Source: Vicugna vicugna
Taxonomy: Eukaryota
DNA length: 64,000 nt
Reading direction: 5' to 3'
Assembly: GCA_013265495.1 (NCBI GenBank)
Contig: MU057959.1
Location: 323,202-387,201 of the forward strand
Under the pieces are notes generated by a model. That model saw only the letters and a list, made by a program, of their open reading frames with translations, was not told the origin of the DNA and ran no database searches. Below are positions 36,651-50,230 of the stretch, piece by piece. Position 1 is the first letter of the stretch; each line of letters starts with the position of its first letter. The position numbers and the translations under genes were made by a program.

Positions 36651-37964
36651 CATCTTTCTTCTCTGTGCAGGAGTTTGTATTCCACCCAGTCAGTCTCACT
36701 GAGCACATCACAGCTCACAAACCACGTACCTCTTGTAAGCAGCAGCAACATGATGGTTGAATGTCTTCTTTTGTTGCTAAATTCACACTCACATGTACAT
36801 ATCGCCTTGACAAAGTTTCGAGGCCTCCTGTTTGATGTACACACTGAAAAAATTCTACGTCTTTAAACTGGAGAACATTGGAATTCGGAAATAAATACCT
36901 AGCGGGCATCCTGTGAATGAATCTTACGGTGCATGGGGTCTTGGTAAAATCTCCGGCGTGCCAGGACCACAGCTGCCTGCCCAGAACTGGGCGAATCTGA
37001 GATGCAGGAGGCTCCTTCTGCGGAAGGTGTATTGTAGTTATGTCCCCGTCAAGAGGTCCTGGACCAACCTGGTTGGGCAGCATCTGCCTGCTCCCTCTCA
37101 AACTGGGGGTGGCCAGTGGCCTCACCACGTGCACACGTCTCTCTGAATTGACCGAGGGAGTTCTCTGCAGTTTCCTTGCTTGTGCAGCAATCAAATGCTC
37201 TTGTCCTCAGCTTGTGAACGATATCCCAGCGCACCTGCTCTCGGCAGCCCCAGGACCCGCTTCCACCAAGGGACACAGGCTTCAAAAGCACAAACACCAG
37301 CTGATGCACTGAACAGGCGTGAGGCATGGCGAGAGGAGGGTGTCTCAAGGTTGCAGCCCTGTCTGCGGAGATGCCCGGGGAACAGGCAGACAGAGCTACC
37401 CCTGCCGACAGCCCGGAGCCAGCCCCAGACCTGCTGACCGGGAGAGAGCCCGATGTGGCCACTTGAATTTATCTTTGCCATAAACTTTTGTCCCGGTGAT
37501 CTCGTGTAAGGGGGAAGGAAGGCTGGAAGACGTCTCTGGAAAATCAAGAGATAAATCAGAATCTAACTCTGGATGGCGTGTTGGTTGATCCAGCTAACCA
37601 AGTGCCAGCAGACACTGCGGACGCAGCTCAGACAGTCTGGCCTCAAGCACGTACCTGGACGCGTGTTTCTTATTCAGTGAATTCAACCCAGATGAACATC
37701 GGTATTTCAGAAAATATCAAGCAGCATTTTTACTTAATTCTGTCAGAATAACTTGCCATTTTATTCAAGCAAGCAGCTGGCCCGTGGTTCATAGCGTCAG
37801 CTGCGTGAAACAGTGATGGGTTTCGAATCTGTACATATTACACAGGATTTTGGGGATGGGACGTTTTGGTTCCTTGACATTTTCTGTGCATAATAATGAC
37901 TGCAGATTTGAAAGGAGTTTACTTTAAAAAAAAATCTGAATATCTCCATTCGTCCATTCATCTC

Positions 37965-38300
37965 TGCTATGGACTAAATTTTGTTCCTCTAAAATTCCTA
38001 TGTGGAAGCCCTAACCCGCAATGTATCTATGTTTGAAGACGGGGTCTTTAAGGAGGTGATGGAGGTAAAATGAGGTCACTAGGTGGGTCCTGATCCCACA
38101 GGACTGGGGTCCTTATAGGAAGAGGAGATGAGGCCCCAGACACACACAGCGGGACGCCCACGTGAGGACACAGAGAGGAGCCGGCCGTCCACACACCAGG
38201 GGGAGAGGGCTGAGGAGACCCCAGCCCTGCTCACACCCTGATCTCAGATCCCAGCCTCCAGGACTCGGGGACATAAATGTGTGCTGTTTAAGGCACCTAG
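37965..38300 (+). mobile_element. MLT1A/B (MaLR) LTR
   Basis: Contains 'tgctatggactaaa...gaagccctaaccc...gtccttataggaagagga...gtgaggacacag...ccagcctccaggact...tgtttaag'. Confidence 0.85.
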
Positions 38301-39494
38301 AGAGAGCTATTCACAGTGTGCACAGAGGAGGTAGACTTGCTGAAAGTTATCCTACGATGAATCCTGGTCCCCCAGCCCCCCAGGGACGGAGGAAGGGAAC
38401 ACCACACGGATAGTCCCCTGTTATGGGCTGAATCACGTCCCTCCACCATCTATACGTTGACGTCCTGGCCCCCAAGACCTTAGAGTGTGGCTGCGTTTTG
38501 ATTTTTGGAGAGAGGAAAGTGAAGATTCCTTAGACATCCCTGGGTGCCCTTTCCCATTTTTGGAGGAATTTTGTAATGCTTTTTCCCAAACTTTTAAGAC
38601 GGCATTGAGAGAAGACAAACTTACCAGCCTCAAAAGGCTCCACCCAGCCCCTGAAATGGGTGAGACGACTCTCATTTTCACCAGAGACAAAGTTATTGGC
38701 TAGAGATGAGGACACAGTTCAGAAAATTGCATGATACGTGGTGTTAAAGAAAAAGGTTATTTCCCACCCAGAAAAGAAACGACTCGAAAATGGAGTTCTG
38801 TTTGTAAAGTGACACATCCCGAAACTGAGACTGTTATCAAACACAGATAGCATCATACTGCTACATTCTTTTATTTCATGAAGGGATCGGGAGAGGATAT
38901 TGGGCTTTGGGGTCAGTGGGCAATTTCATTTCCTTTATCATGTTTTCCAAAGTGTTCACACATCACTGAACTTTACTTACGTCAGTGAGTGCATTTAATT
39001 CAAAGTAGAACATATTACAAAATAAGTCATCACTTAGAGTTATACCTAAATTATACAATTATCATGCACACAAAAAGAAATAGAATTGCCCATTGGAAGA
39101 TTATAACCTTTTGCACAACGATTTCAAAAAACATTACTACACGTTTAAGCCAGAGCAAATTTGTTTCACGTCCACGGTACTTTTCAACGAGCAAATTCAC
39201 TTTCAAAACCCAAATGAACTAAACAAAAGACATCAGAATCGTTAGGTCACCTCTCTTCTACCTGGATTGTGTTTACGTCTGATTGTCATGTTTCTTTTTG
39301 CTTTACTTGCTTTTGTTTTCTTTATGCAGACTGAAAATAATGGAAAATCGGTTACTTGGTCGTGAGAAGCGATTCAGTAAGTCAAAGGACAGACTGGTAT
39401 CATGTACAAAAATCACTTGAATTCACCCAAGAGGCAAACCATCTAGACAAAGGTGTCTTTTCTTGTTTCAGACATCCCTCCTTCGATATAATGG

Positions 39495-39665
39495 TTTTTT
39501 GTTTGTTTTTATTTTTTTTTAATTGAAGTACAGTCAGTTACAATGTGTCCATCTCTGGTGCGCAACACAATGTCCCAGTCATGTGTATACATACATATAT
39601 TCGTTTTCAAATTCTTTTTCATTAAAGGTTATTACAAGATACCGAATATCATTCCCTGTGTGATG
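39495..39665 (-). mobile_element. Short young L1 3' end
   Basis: Poly-T followed by 'aattgaagtacagtcagttacaatgtg'. Confidence 0.85.
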
Positions 39666-40244
39666 CAATGTTCATGACAATAATTTAGTTTAGACCCATG
39701 TCTGTGGGACAACTGCACTGACACAGGGTACCTAAGAGCATGAAGTTGGGTACCAGTTCCAGGAACTGGTGGAGATGCCCTGTACTTACCATCTATACGC
39801 ACACACGCGTCATCTGAAAGTAACGTGTCTGCATCACAGTATCAGCGTCTGCCTGTGGAACCGTTGCTGTAGCCGTTGGCACCTGAATCAAAGACGAGGG
39901 AGAAAACCGATTGCATTTCCCTGGTGCTTCCCACACGTGGTGAATTCATCACTCAGCCCTTTCCTCTGCTTGCAGGCACAGAACAGCATATGAAGGTCTC
40001 TCCTTTCTTCACACCAGAAATCAGCAGTTTTCCCTGGGAGCCCTGAATTCCTCTGAATAACCCCCATAACCAGAAACCAAGCTTTAGGTACAAATTGTTT
40101 GCTTTCTTCTGTGGGGTCATTGCTTCTAAGTCTTTTGACTGAACTGAGTTAAGGTCTAGTCATTTTTAGAAGTTACGAGTTTTTTATTAATATTTTTATG
40201 TGAAATTTAGCATGACTACTGATCTTCATGTACTTTAGTATTTT

Positions 40245-40831
40245 GTATGTTTGTTTAAATGGATGTATAGTGGATTTACAGTATTGTGTTGGTTGCAGGA
40301 CTACAGCAAACTGATTCAGTTACAGATACATCTTTTTTAATTCTTTTCCATTATAGGTTATTGAATATGGTTCCCTGTACTCCACAGTAGGACCCTGTTG
40401 TTTCTCTGTTTTATGTACAGTAGCTCATATCTGCAAATCCCAAACTCCTAGTTTATCTCTCCCCACCCCCATGTCCCCTCTCCGATAATCCTAAGTTTGT
40501 TTTCTATGTCTATGACTCTGTTTCTGTTTTGTAAATAAGTTCATTTGTATCATTTTTCTTAGATTCCACATATAAATGATACCATATGGTATTTTTCTTT
40601 CTCTGTCTGACTTACTTAGTATGATCATCTCCAGGGCCATCAATGTTGCTACAAATGGCATTATTTCACTCTTTTTTATGGCTGAGTAGTATTCCATTGT
40701 ATAAATATACCACAGCTTCTTTATGCAGTCATCTGTCGATGGACATTTAGGGTGCTTCCACATCTTGGCTGTTGTAAATAGTGCTGCTGTAAACATTAGG
40801 GTGCAGGTGTCTTTTCAAATTAGAGTTTTCT
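40245..40831 (-). mobile_element. L1 ORF2 C-terminus + 3'UTR
   Basis: ORF 40491..40796 encodes [23 protein letters not shown]...[11 protein letters not shown], the L1 ORF2 end. Confidence 0.9.
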
Positions 40832-41479
40832 ATTATTTTGTGTTTGAATCTCTTTTCTCTTACTCTGAAAGGCCTAGTTCCTAATAATATCACTTTAGCT
40901 TTTAAAGTTGCAATTTGTGTTGTTATCAATCTATTGGTCATTGTTTTATCCATTTAATATAGTTAGATCCTTTATTTTTTGTTAGTACTAATTTTTTAAC
41001 TCTTTGATTTTAATTTTATTAGCATATAAAATGTTTATATGGTTGAATGTGAAAACTTAATAAAGACTTACCCTTAGAAAAATTTCACCATAGTTCCTTC
41101 CAGGTTTTTATGATTCCTTCATTAAGATGGTTTGGGGTTTGTTTTGTTTTAAAAAAACATGTTTATAGAACAATAAATATAAACAATAAACAACACTATC
41201 TAGGTTTTAGTAAAACCCTCATTTATTGCAAAAATCGTTTTGCTGAACCTTACTCATAAGGGGTGATTTGGAAGTTAAGGGCATCACTATATTAAATAAT
41301 TAATATTTCAATAAATAGGCAGTTAGGGAAAAAATACGGATTAATTCCTAAGTAGAAGCATCTATTTTTTGTTCTTGTTATTTAAGTTAGGTTTATCAGT
41401 GTGTGTGTTGTATATTTTTATAGATGGACACATTTTCTATACAGTTACATTCATTCTATGTATTTTTATAGATGGACAC

Positions 41480-43260
41480 AATTCCTAGAGTTACATTCAT
41501 TCTTTTACCATTCATTCATGTAGCTAATTTATGGCCATCATCCCCATCACCTGCTGTGGCACAGTTCTGTCACCTCAGAATTTTTCTCTGTTCTCCTGAT
41601 ACCCTTTTTTCCAATCCACAGCCCGTGGCACATGCTCAACTAACATTTTTTGCTGTAGTTTTACCTTTTCCAGAAAATCATGTGAATGGAATCATGCTAC
41701 ATGTCAGCTTTGGAATCTGGTTTCTGTCCCCTGAATAAAGCACTTGTCCCTGTGAGAATCCAGGTCACTGTGTATATTAGTAGCATTTTTTTAACTGTTG
41801 AATAATATTCCAGTGTATAGATGCCCCAGAATATGATTTGTTCAACAGTTCATGGACATTTGGGTGGTTTCCAGTCTTGTGCACTTAAGAATATATCCAG
41901 AGGGATCTCTAATTCAAAAAGATACATTCACCCCAGTGTTCACAGCAGCACTATTTACAACAGTCAAGACATGGAAGCAATCTAAGTGTCCATCAACAGA
42001 TGACTGGATAAAGAAGATGTGGTATAGTTATACAATGGAATACTACTCAGCCATAAATAAGAGTGAAATAATGCCATTTGCAGCAACATGGATGGACCTG
42101 GAGATCGTCATACTAAGTAAGCCAGAAAGAGAATGAAAAAAATACCTCATGATATAGCTCATATGTGGAATCTAAAAAAAGGGAAAAAAATAAGAGGACA
42201 CGAATGAATTCATCCATAAAACAGAAACAGACTCACAGACATAGTAAACAATCTTATGGTTACTGGGGAGAGGGGGTGGGAAGAGATACATTTGGGAATT
42301 TGAGGTTTGCAAAGGTTAGCCACTATATATATAGATAAGAAACAAATTTCTTCTGTAGAGTATGGAGAACTAAATTCAGGACCTTGTAATAACCTTCAAT
42401 GGAAAAGAATGTGAAAACAAATAGATGTATGTATGTGCATGACTGGGACATGGTGCTGTGCACCAGAGATTGACACATTGGAACTGCCGCACTTCCATTA
42501 AAAAATAATACAAAATAATAAATTTTTATTTTGAGAACGTGATAAAATCTGTCAAATCTAAAAATATGCATATTTTTGTCTTGGTGATAAATGTAGGTTT
42601 CCTGAACAGAAATAAATGAAGATATCAATAAAAATAATAATAAATTTTTTAAAATAAAAATAAAGAGAATAAACTTACAAACATCCACATACGAGTATTC
42701 GTGTGAACACACGTTTTTATTTCTTTCGGGTAAACACTTTGGAGTGGGGTGGCTCGTTTGAATGATCGAGGAGAGACTAGACTTTATCAGAGACCGCCGA
42801 GCTACACCCCAGAGTGTCTGTACCAATTTGCACCCCACCACCGGCCGTGAGGGAGCCCTCCAGGTGTCCGGTATCCACACTAGTCCTTGGCAATGCCGGG
42901 TTAATATTTGGGGAGCTTTTGGTGTTGTTCTGGCTGTCCTTTTGAGACACACGTGTCGTGGCCCCCACCAGATTGCATTTTGCATTCCTCAGGGACGAAT
43001 GAGGTTGAGCGTCCTTTCCTGTGTGTCATTTCCCTGCCACCCATCCATCTTCTTTGGAGATACTTTCCAGTCTTTTATCCAGTTGATTAATTGGTCAATT
43101 TGTTGTCTTTTTTGTTGACTGTCGACGATTCTTACTCGAGAGTCAAGTCCTTTTCCAGATGCGTGTCTTGCGAACGTGTGCTTTCAACCTGTGGTTTTTT
43201 GTTTTTTATTTTCTCGGTGACATTTATTTTTCTTTCATAGAGCATGCTTTTTTGGTCGTT
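41480..43260 (-). mobile_element. Old L1 (L1MB/ME-like), interrupted at 41894-42664 by a younger L1
   Basis: 'atggacatttgggtggtttccagt...aagaata' is continued by 'gagaataaac...gtgtgaacacacgtttttatttctttcgggtaaa', contiguous in the L1 consensus as I recall it. Confidence 0.65.
41894..42520 (+). mobile_element. Young L1, 5'-truncated
   Basis: ORF2 end ([23 protein letters not shown]...[16 protein letters not shown]) followed by the 3'UTR and an A-rich tail. Confidence 0.92.
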
Positions 43261-43769
43261 TCTGGACCTAGTTCCTATTTCGGAGACTTAACTATATCAA
43301 CTGGCCTGAGGGATTTGACAAGATGATGAATGTCTTAAAAGAGTGAACAGCAGAGAGTGGAGAAAGAGGCTTTCCTTTCTCGGAAGCAAGCTGCAGGCCG
43401 ACTCTGTGCTAAATGCATTAGTGCCTTTTGCTAGGGGCGTGTTCCCTGTCCGTGGAGTGATAATGGAAGGCTAGACCTTTCTGGCTGGGCAAGATTGCTT
43501 AGGGAAGTTTCCTAGAATTCACAGATTTATGGGACGTGAATTTAGGGAAACTATCTCATGACCTGTGTAACTGTCAGCCTTTAAAATGAAGCTGCGCCAT
43601 CACAGAAAGATTCCGTTGAATGAAAGGAAATGGGTAAAACGGGACGAAGATATAAGGAAGGCATGCAGTCTGGGTTAATAAGGATGGAGTTTTGCACTAC
43701 CCGTCAGTTAACATCGATAAACGGGATAGAACTTCATGCATTAGAAATGGGCAAATGAAGAAACAATTT

Positions 43770-43869
43770 GCGGAGGGGAGGTAGTTAGGGTTCATTTATT
43801 TATTTGTAAGGGGGGTACTGGGGGCTGAACCCACGATGCTGAGCACGCTACCCCTGAGCCACCCTCCCC
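43770..43869 (-). mobile_element. Degenerate Vic-1-type SINE
   Basis: Contains 'ggggaggtagttaggg...ggtactgggggctgaaccca...tacccctgagccaccctcccc'. Confidence 0.8.
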
Positions 43870-46251
43870 TGCAAAAAGTATTTTTGATAAAGACTTCGTA
43901 GTTGCTCTAAATATACAGCCTGCTCCCCTGGCCGGTGTAGGAAAACCGCGTGGGAGGGACGGCGTCCTGCCCCCACCCGGGAGTCCTTTTGGTCTTTCCC
44001 GTTACACTCTACCTGCGGGTTTGTAGTTAGAACACACAAAGTCACCGGGACGTGTGCCTGTAATCGCACGCTGATTTTGAAATTGCCCCGCTGGTCCTGC
44101 CTTAATCTAAGTTACTTTGCATCTCTGTTTCCGCAGTGAAGAGATGTTTTAGCTCAGGGCTGTCAAAGATTCGGAGATAAAAACCCAAGTCATTAACCAC
44201 ACTTGATATAATAAAGGAGCTCAGTGTAGGTGACGGATCTTTAAAGAGTCCTTTCCCCAGTGATGAATAGTTACCACTTATGCCCCCAGGGGTCTGTGCG
44301 AGGATCTCCCTGTATATGCTTATGTTTGTTGACAGACACACACATATGCTCACAAGAGTTATTTTGTTTCTATATAATTTGCACATGTAAATATAATTAT
44401 GTACATGTCCACACAAGTATGTATCAATATGTACACAAATGTGAATGTATATTAATATATGTATATATACCTTAATTATATAATTAACAATATGCATCAT
44501 GTATATTATATACCATGTATATTTTGTCTATGCATATATGCTAGAAGTCTAGGACTCCAATCCAAATGAGAACCTACACTTTCTGGAAAGAATGACTGTA
44601 TCACAGTGGCAATCTTGGCCATGCCCGTTTTCCCACAGGGCTGTAAATAAACTTTTTACAGACTAACGGGATCTTACAATATTGGGTATCAATTCAATAG
44701 AACTGAGATCAGAAGCCAGTGTTGGGGGGCAAAAAAAAAAAAAGCATTACATTTGGTAAATGAGTCAGGCATGAAAAATAAACTCACGCACCCTTCAGCT
44801 CTTGGAGCGAAAATTACGAGTGCCTGATGTGAAGACCCGTGGAAGGTGCCGGTTTCATGTTCAGCACATGGTTCGCTGCTGAGAAATAAGAAAAATTCTA
44901 GCAATGGTTCATGCTAAGGGCCTTTTAAGAAATGACCGTCTCTTATTAATTTGAGGATCAGATCTAAGAAGTGAAATCCTCAAGGCTCGTCCAGGACAGT
45001 TAGTCCACACACCCCCAAAGAGGAGGGATAAAGCAAACACGTCTCGTAATGAGATGTGCACAGGGCTCTCTGTCTTTGAGGACTTGGATTTAATAAGAGA
45101 GAAACTCTGGAGGTGTAGGATGAAAGCAGACCTCTCGAGCAGGCTCATGGGTGTCTGGTGCCTCGGCTTAATTTATAACTCTTGAAACCGAAAGGACAAG
45201 CCAGTGTTTCTTCCTCATCTGCATAGTCTCCTCTGAAGACAGACCTTACCAATCCTGTCAAAGGATATCCAAGTATCTTGCCTTGGAAAGAACGTGATGG
45301 GGAACCACATTCTGAAAAATGCTATTGTTACCGTCCCCAAATTCCGTGAACGGAGGGGTCGGTCTGACCCTGTGTCATGGCTGCTTGTGGTGAATCCCCC
45401 GGGACAACAGTGACAAGAGAGCCACGTTAAGAGTGTGAGCCGTGAATGTTTAACGCACGCCTACGCATCCAACAACACTGGAAGACGTTGTAGGAACACG
45501 GCGATTTGGGGGTTCCCTGGACGTACTTAATAACATCATCTCGTTCCACAGAGAACATAATTAAATTGCCTTTGGGTCAGAATAGGTTTCCATCGTGCTT
45601 GTGGCTGGGTCTCTTAGCAACAGAGTCTGATTAAACATCGCACACAGAAGGTATTCAAATATCTCCTATGCTCCCTGCTTAAAATACAAACTCGTTTCTC
45701 GACTGATGAATCACGTCCACAGGTGTACTTTGCAGGCACCATTTACATCCACGGGTAAACTTGAATCATCAGGGCGCCTGCCGTAAATTAAATAACTCCA
45801 CGCTTCGCCGACGTAATCGGTTTGCCTTTTTGCAGAGTGGCTCGGGGCTGTTAGTCCCCAAATAACTAGAACGTTACTTTTATACATGGTAGCAAGTTAC
45901 AAAGAACAAATGTAGCTGCGGTGGCTCGTACCTGCTCAGGGTTGAAACATTTCACTTGCAAGTTAGCGAGTGAATTGTATGTTTATAGGTGGAATAAAAT
46001 TCTTGCAGAAATGCTTATCAAAGCAGCATGTAAAGCATGCTTCTCCCTCTTTCCTGAAGGCTGTGTCCTTCAGAATGGGTCGGGAGAAGGAATGCATGAT
46101 CACGAGACTCCTAATTTGTTGATGGTCGGGTCGGATGAAGTGGGAGCAACTGTAAAGCCCTTTTTGCAAAAAATGTTCTGAAACAGGTATTTGCTGCCAT
46201 TAGGAGCCACGGTTTGGTTTAACGAAACTAAGATTAGAAACGCATCTTCTT

Positions 46252-46582
46252 ATGGTTACCAGGAAGGGAAGGGGGTGGGAAGGGAGAAATTGGGAGATCT
46301 AGATTTGCAGATACTGACTAATAAACATAAAATAGATAAACAAAGAATTTATACTGTAGAGCACAGGGAATTATATTCAATATCTTACAGTAACTTATAG
46401 TGAAAAACTATGAAAACAAATATATGTATGTTCGTGTATGCCTGAAGTAGTGTGCTGTACACCAGAAACTGATACAGTTTAAACTGATTAGACTTCAATA
46501 AAAAGATATTTTTAAGTATTTTTGAAATATAAAAAATAAACAAATATAAAATATATTAAGATATAAAAATATTAAAAAATTT
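46252..46582 (+). mobile_element. Young L1 3' end with a degenerate A/T tail
   Basis: Contains 'atggttaccaggaaggg...gacttcaataaaa'; possible TSD agaaacgcatcttctt (46236-46251) / aaaaatgcattttctt (46583-46598). Confidence 0.85.
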
Positions 46583-47302
46583 AAAAATGCATTTTCTTGG
46601 CTCTATTGTACCATTCCAATCTACTAAGACTGTAACAGGTTGAATCATGTAACTGCCATTCCTGTAGGTCAAAAATGACAATTCTGCCTCGTTCAACTAG
46701 ATAATGAATGTTCAAAGATGTTCTGAGGTTTCTCGGGCTAGTGATGTCCCCACCGCCACTCTCCCTCCATTAGCTGGGAACTTGTGATTCATGTTATAAA
46801 ATTTTCACCAGACTTACAGGGCATTTCCAGATTCTGTTATGTCTTTCTCCTAAAAATTTTTTTTAAAGAATGAAGGCAACATAAGCAAAATAATGGTTTA
46901 CCGACTTCCTAAAAAATTAAGGCGGATTATGAGAAACCTACACGTCACCATTATTAAACCCCTTCATCTTCAGAACTATCAAGACATTAACATAAACCGA
47001 CTTCATGATTCCGGGCCACCGTCATCATTTCCATGCATGAAAAAGAAAAATATTGCAATATAGTGAAAACGGAACTCTAAAATTATACAATTATATCAGT
47101 TATAAAATTATACAGTATCTCAAGTCATAAAAATGATAAATTATATAAAATATCCAAATGATAAAAATTAGTAAATTATCCAAAAACCAAGGAAGGGGCA
47201 ACCATCCATCTCTACCAGCATGAAGTTTTGCAGGAAGGAAGCTGGTGGGGACGCTGTTACAGTGAGTTGGGAATAGCTGAGCCCTGTGATTACATTTCAG
47301 AC

Positions 47303-47826
47303 TTTTTTGTTTTGCTTTTTTTTAATTGAAGTAGAGTCAGTTTACAATGTTGTGTCAATTTCTGGTGTACAGCACAGTGCTTCAGTCATACATGAACATA
47401 CATAGATTCGTTTTCATGTTCTTTTTCACTGTAAGCTACTACAAAATATCAAATATACTTCCCTGTGCTGTACAGTATGAACTTGTTTATCTGTTTTATA
47501 TATACCAGTCAGTACCTGCAAATCTTGAACTCCCAGTTTATCTTTTCCTACCCCCTTCCCCTGTGGTTTATTTATATAATGGAATACTATTCAGCCACAA
47601 AAAATAATAAAATAACACCATTTGCAGCAATATGAATGTCCCTGGAGAATGTTCCTCTAAGTGAAGTAAGCCAGAAAGAGAAAGAAAAATCGCATGTAAT
47701 ATCACTCATATGTGGAATCTCAAAAAAAAAAAAAAGACAAATGAACTTATTTATAAAACAGAAGCAGACTCACAGACATAGAAAACAAACGTATGGTTAC
47801 CAGGGGGCAAAGGGGGCAAAGGGGGC
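47303..47826. mobile_element. Young L1 with a 5' inversion
   Basis: Minus-strand 3' end at 47303-47563 joined to a plus-strand ORF2 end and proximal 3'UTR at 47562-47826. Confidence 0.85.
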
Positions 47827-47974
47827 CAAGGACAAATGGCTTTGCCCTGAGCAATTCTTGGACCTTCATGGTGGATTTGGTGGGGGGGGGTCCCATTTGG
47901 AACTGGCTGAACTGGGCTGCATTATCAGGACCATCTCAGAAATGAGCAAAAACCTCAGAGGAACCCTGTGATGT

Positions 47975-48930
47975 AAGAAAAGCAAAAGTAAACAAGTGGT
48001 ATCAGGTTAACCTAAAAAAGCTTCTGCAAGGAAAGGAAGCAGTCAACAGAATGAAAAGGCAACCTTGGAATTCAAGAAAATATTCACAAACCATGTATCT
48101 CATAAGGGGTTAATATCTTAAGTACAAAAAGAACTCATACAACTCAGCTGCAGAAACGAAGACAATAACCTGATTCTAGATTGGGCAAAGGGTCCAAACA
48201 GACATTTCCTCAAAGAGCACGTCCAGATGGTGAACCAGTCCGTGGAAATACACTCAGCATAACTCGTCATCAAGAAAATGCAAATCCGAATTGCAGGGAG
48301 ATGCCATCTCACACCTGTTAGGATGGCTTTAGTCAAAACCACAAGAGGTAACAAGTATCAGCGAGGATGTAGAGGACAGGGAACCCTCTTGCGCTGTTGG
48401 TGGGAATGTAAACTGGTGCAGCCACTGTGGAAAACAGTGTGGAGTTTCCTCAAAAAATTAAAAATAAAAACACCATGTGCTCCAGCAATCCCACTTCTCG
48501 GCGTTGAGCCAGACTGAAATCAGCATCTCAAAGAGGTGTCTGCACCGCCGTGTTCAATGCAACACAATTCACCATAGCCACAATATGGAAACAACCTAAG
48601 TGCCCATCAGCAGACGAAGCGTTAAAGAAGATGTGATACAGTGCGCACACACACGGTGGAATTTTATTCAGTGTTTTAAAAAAGGGAAATATTGCAGTTT
48701 TCAATGACATGGATGGACATTAAGGACGTTAAGCTAGACAACTGTTGTGTTACATCCACTTACATGTGGAATCTGAAGTAATCAGACTCACAGACACAGA
48801 GAGGAGACTGGTGGTTGCCAGGACCTGAGGGGAGGAGGAGGGGGAGGTGATGGTCACAGGATACAAAGTTTCGGTTATGCAAGGTGAGTACCTTCTGGAG
48901 ATTCGCTCTACAGCAGAACTGCAGCAATTT
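47975..48930 (+). mobile_element. Older L1 (L1MA-like) ORF2 end + 3'UTR
   Basis: Degenerate ORF2 peptide (HLTPVRMALVK...[24 protein letters not shown]) followed by 3'UTR 'ggatacaaagtttcggttatgcaag'. Confidence 0.85.
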
Positions 48931-49042
48931 TAAAAAAGCATACACTGATGCGTAGCCTGTCAGATACTTATCAGGTCTGCGTTTGAGGGTAGGTTTTATC
49001 CTGGCCCCAACTCATACTCATAAAAATGAACCCAGGAACCCT

Positions 49043-49132
49043 GGGGGGAGGGCACAGCTCAGGAGTAGAGCACGTGCCTCGCATGCCTGAGGTCCTGGGT
49101 TCAATCCCCAGTGCTGCCATTTAAAACCAAAA
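49043..49132 (+). mobile_element. Vic-1-type SINE (short)
   Basis: Contains 'ggggagggcacagctcaggagtagagc...gaggtcctgggttcaatccccagtg'. Confidence 0.85.
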
Positions 49133-49134
49133 TA

Positions 49135-49740
49135 TTTTTTTTTATTGAAGTACAGTCAGTGACAATGTGTCAATCTCTGGTCTACAGCACAGGGTCCCAG
49201 TCATGCATATGCATGCATATATTCGTTTTCATATGCTTTTTCATTAAGGGCTATTATAAGACATTTCATATAGTTCTGTGCTATACAGAAGAAACTTGTT
49301 TTTTTAATCTGTTTTTATATATATTGGTTAACATTTGCAAATCTCAAACTCCCACATTTATCCCTTCCCGACTCCCTTTCCTCTGGTAACCATAAGATTG
49401 TTTACAATGTCTGCAAGTCTGTTTCTGTTTTGTAGATGAGTTCATAGTGTCCTTTTTCTTTCTTTTTTTTTTTTTAGATTCCACATATAAGTGATATCAT
49501 GTGGTATTTTTCTTTCTCTGACTTACTTCACTTAGAATGACAATCTCTAGGTCCCTCCATGTTGCTGCAAATGGCATTATTTTAGTCTTTTTCATGGCTG
49601 AGTAGTATTCCATTGTATAAATATACCACATCTTCTTTATCCAGTCATCTGTGGATAGACATTTAGGCTGTTTCCATGTCTTGGCTACTGTAAATAGTGC
49701 TGCTGTGAACATTGGGGTGCAGGTGTCTTTTGTAATTAGA
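49135..49740 (-). mobile_element. Young L1, 5'-truncated
   Basis: ORF 49497..49757 encodes the ORF2 end ([22 protein letters not shown]...MPFAATW); poly-T abuts the SINE tail. Confidence 0.92.
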
Positions 49741-49924
49741 CCTGCTGAACCACACACCTCATTGCCTTAGAGTGCAAATATCATCTGACATGTTTGTGTG
49801 ACAAACTCTAAAGTGCTCACTTCCCCCATACATTTCTGAGCATCGTCAGGAAGGGACCCTCTGTACCCAGCTAGGTCTGAACCCCAGACAGTGAGAAAGT
49901 GAACAAACTCTAAGGCACCTGGGA

Positions 49925-50230
49925 TGCCTGAATGGATCTCTCTGCATAGCACTGAGTGGAAGAAACCAGAAATGAAACAGTACACGTGCTACATGCCCAT
50001 TTGTATGAAACCCCAAACCTGCACTCTTAGGCATACAAGTTTAGAAAAGAGCAAGGAAGGAATTGCTATGAAATTCAGGGTAGAAGTTATTACCTCCAGG
50101 GAAAACAGAGGAATTGCTGGGAAGGGCTTCCAGCTGCTGGCAGTGCGCTGTTTCTTGGCAGGGTGGTGGTTCTGTTTCACGTCCTTCAGAAAGCTGTTCG
50201 TTTATTTTTCAGCTGTTTTTATGAATGCAT
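49925..50230 (+). mobile_element. Old L1ME-like 3' fragment
   Basis: Contains 'tggatctc...ctgagtggaagaaaccaga...aaattcagggtagaagttattacctc'. Confidence 0.5.

Noticed and set aside
35332..36866. ORFs of 456, 401 and 407 aa
   Set aside because: Stop-free frames through the ATCC array.
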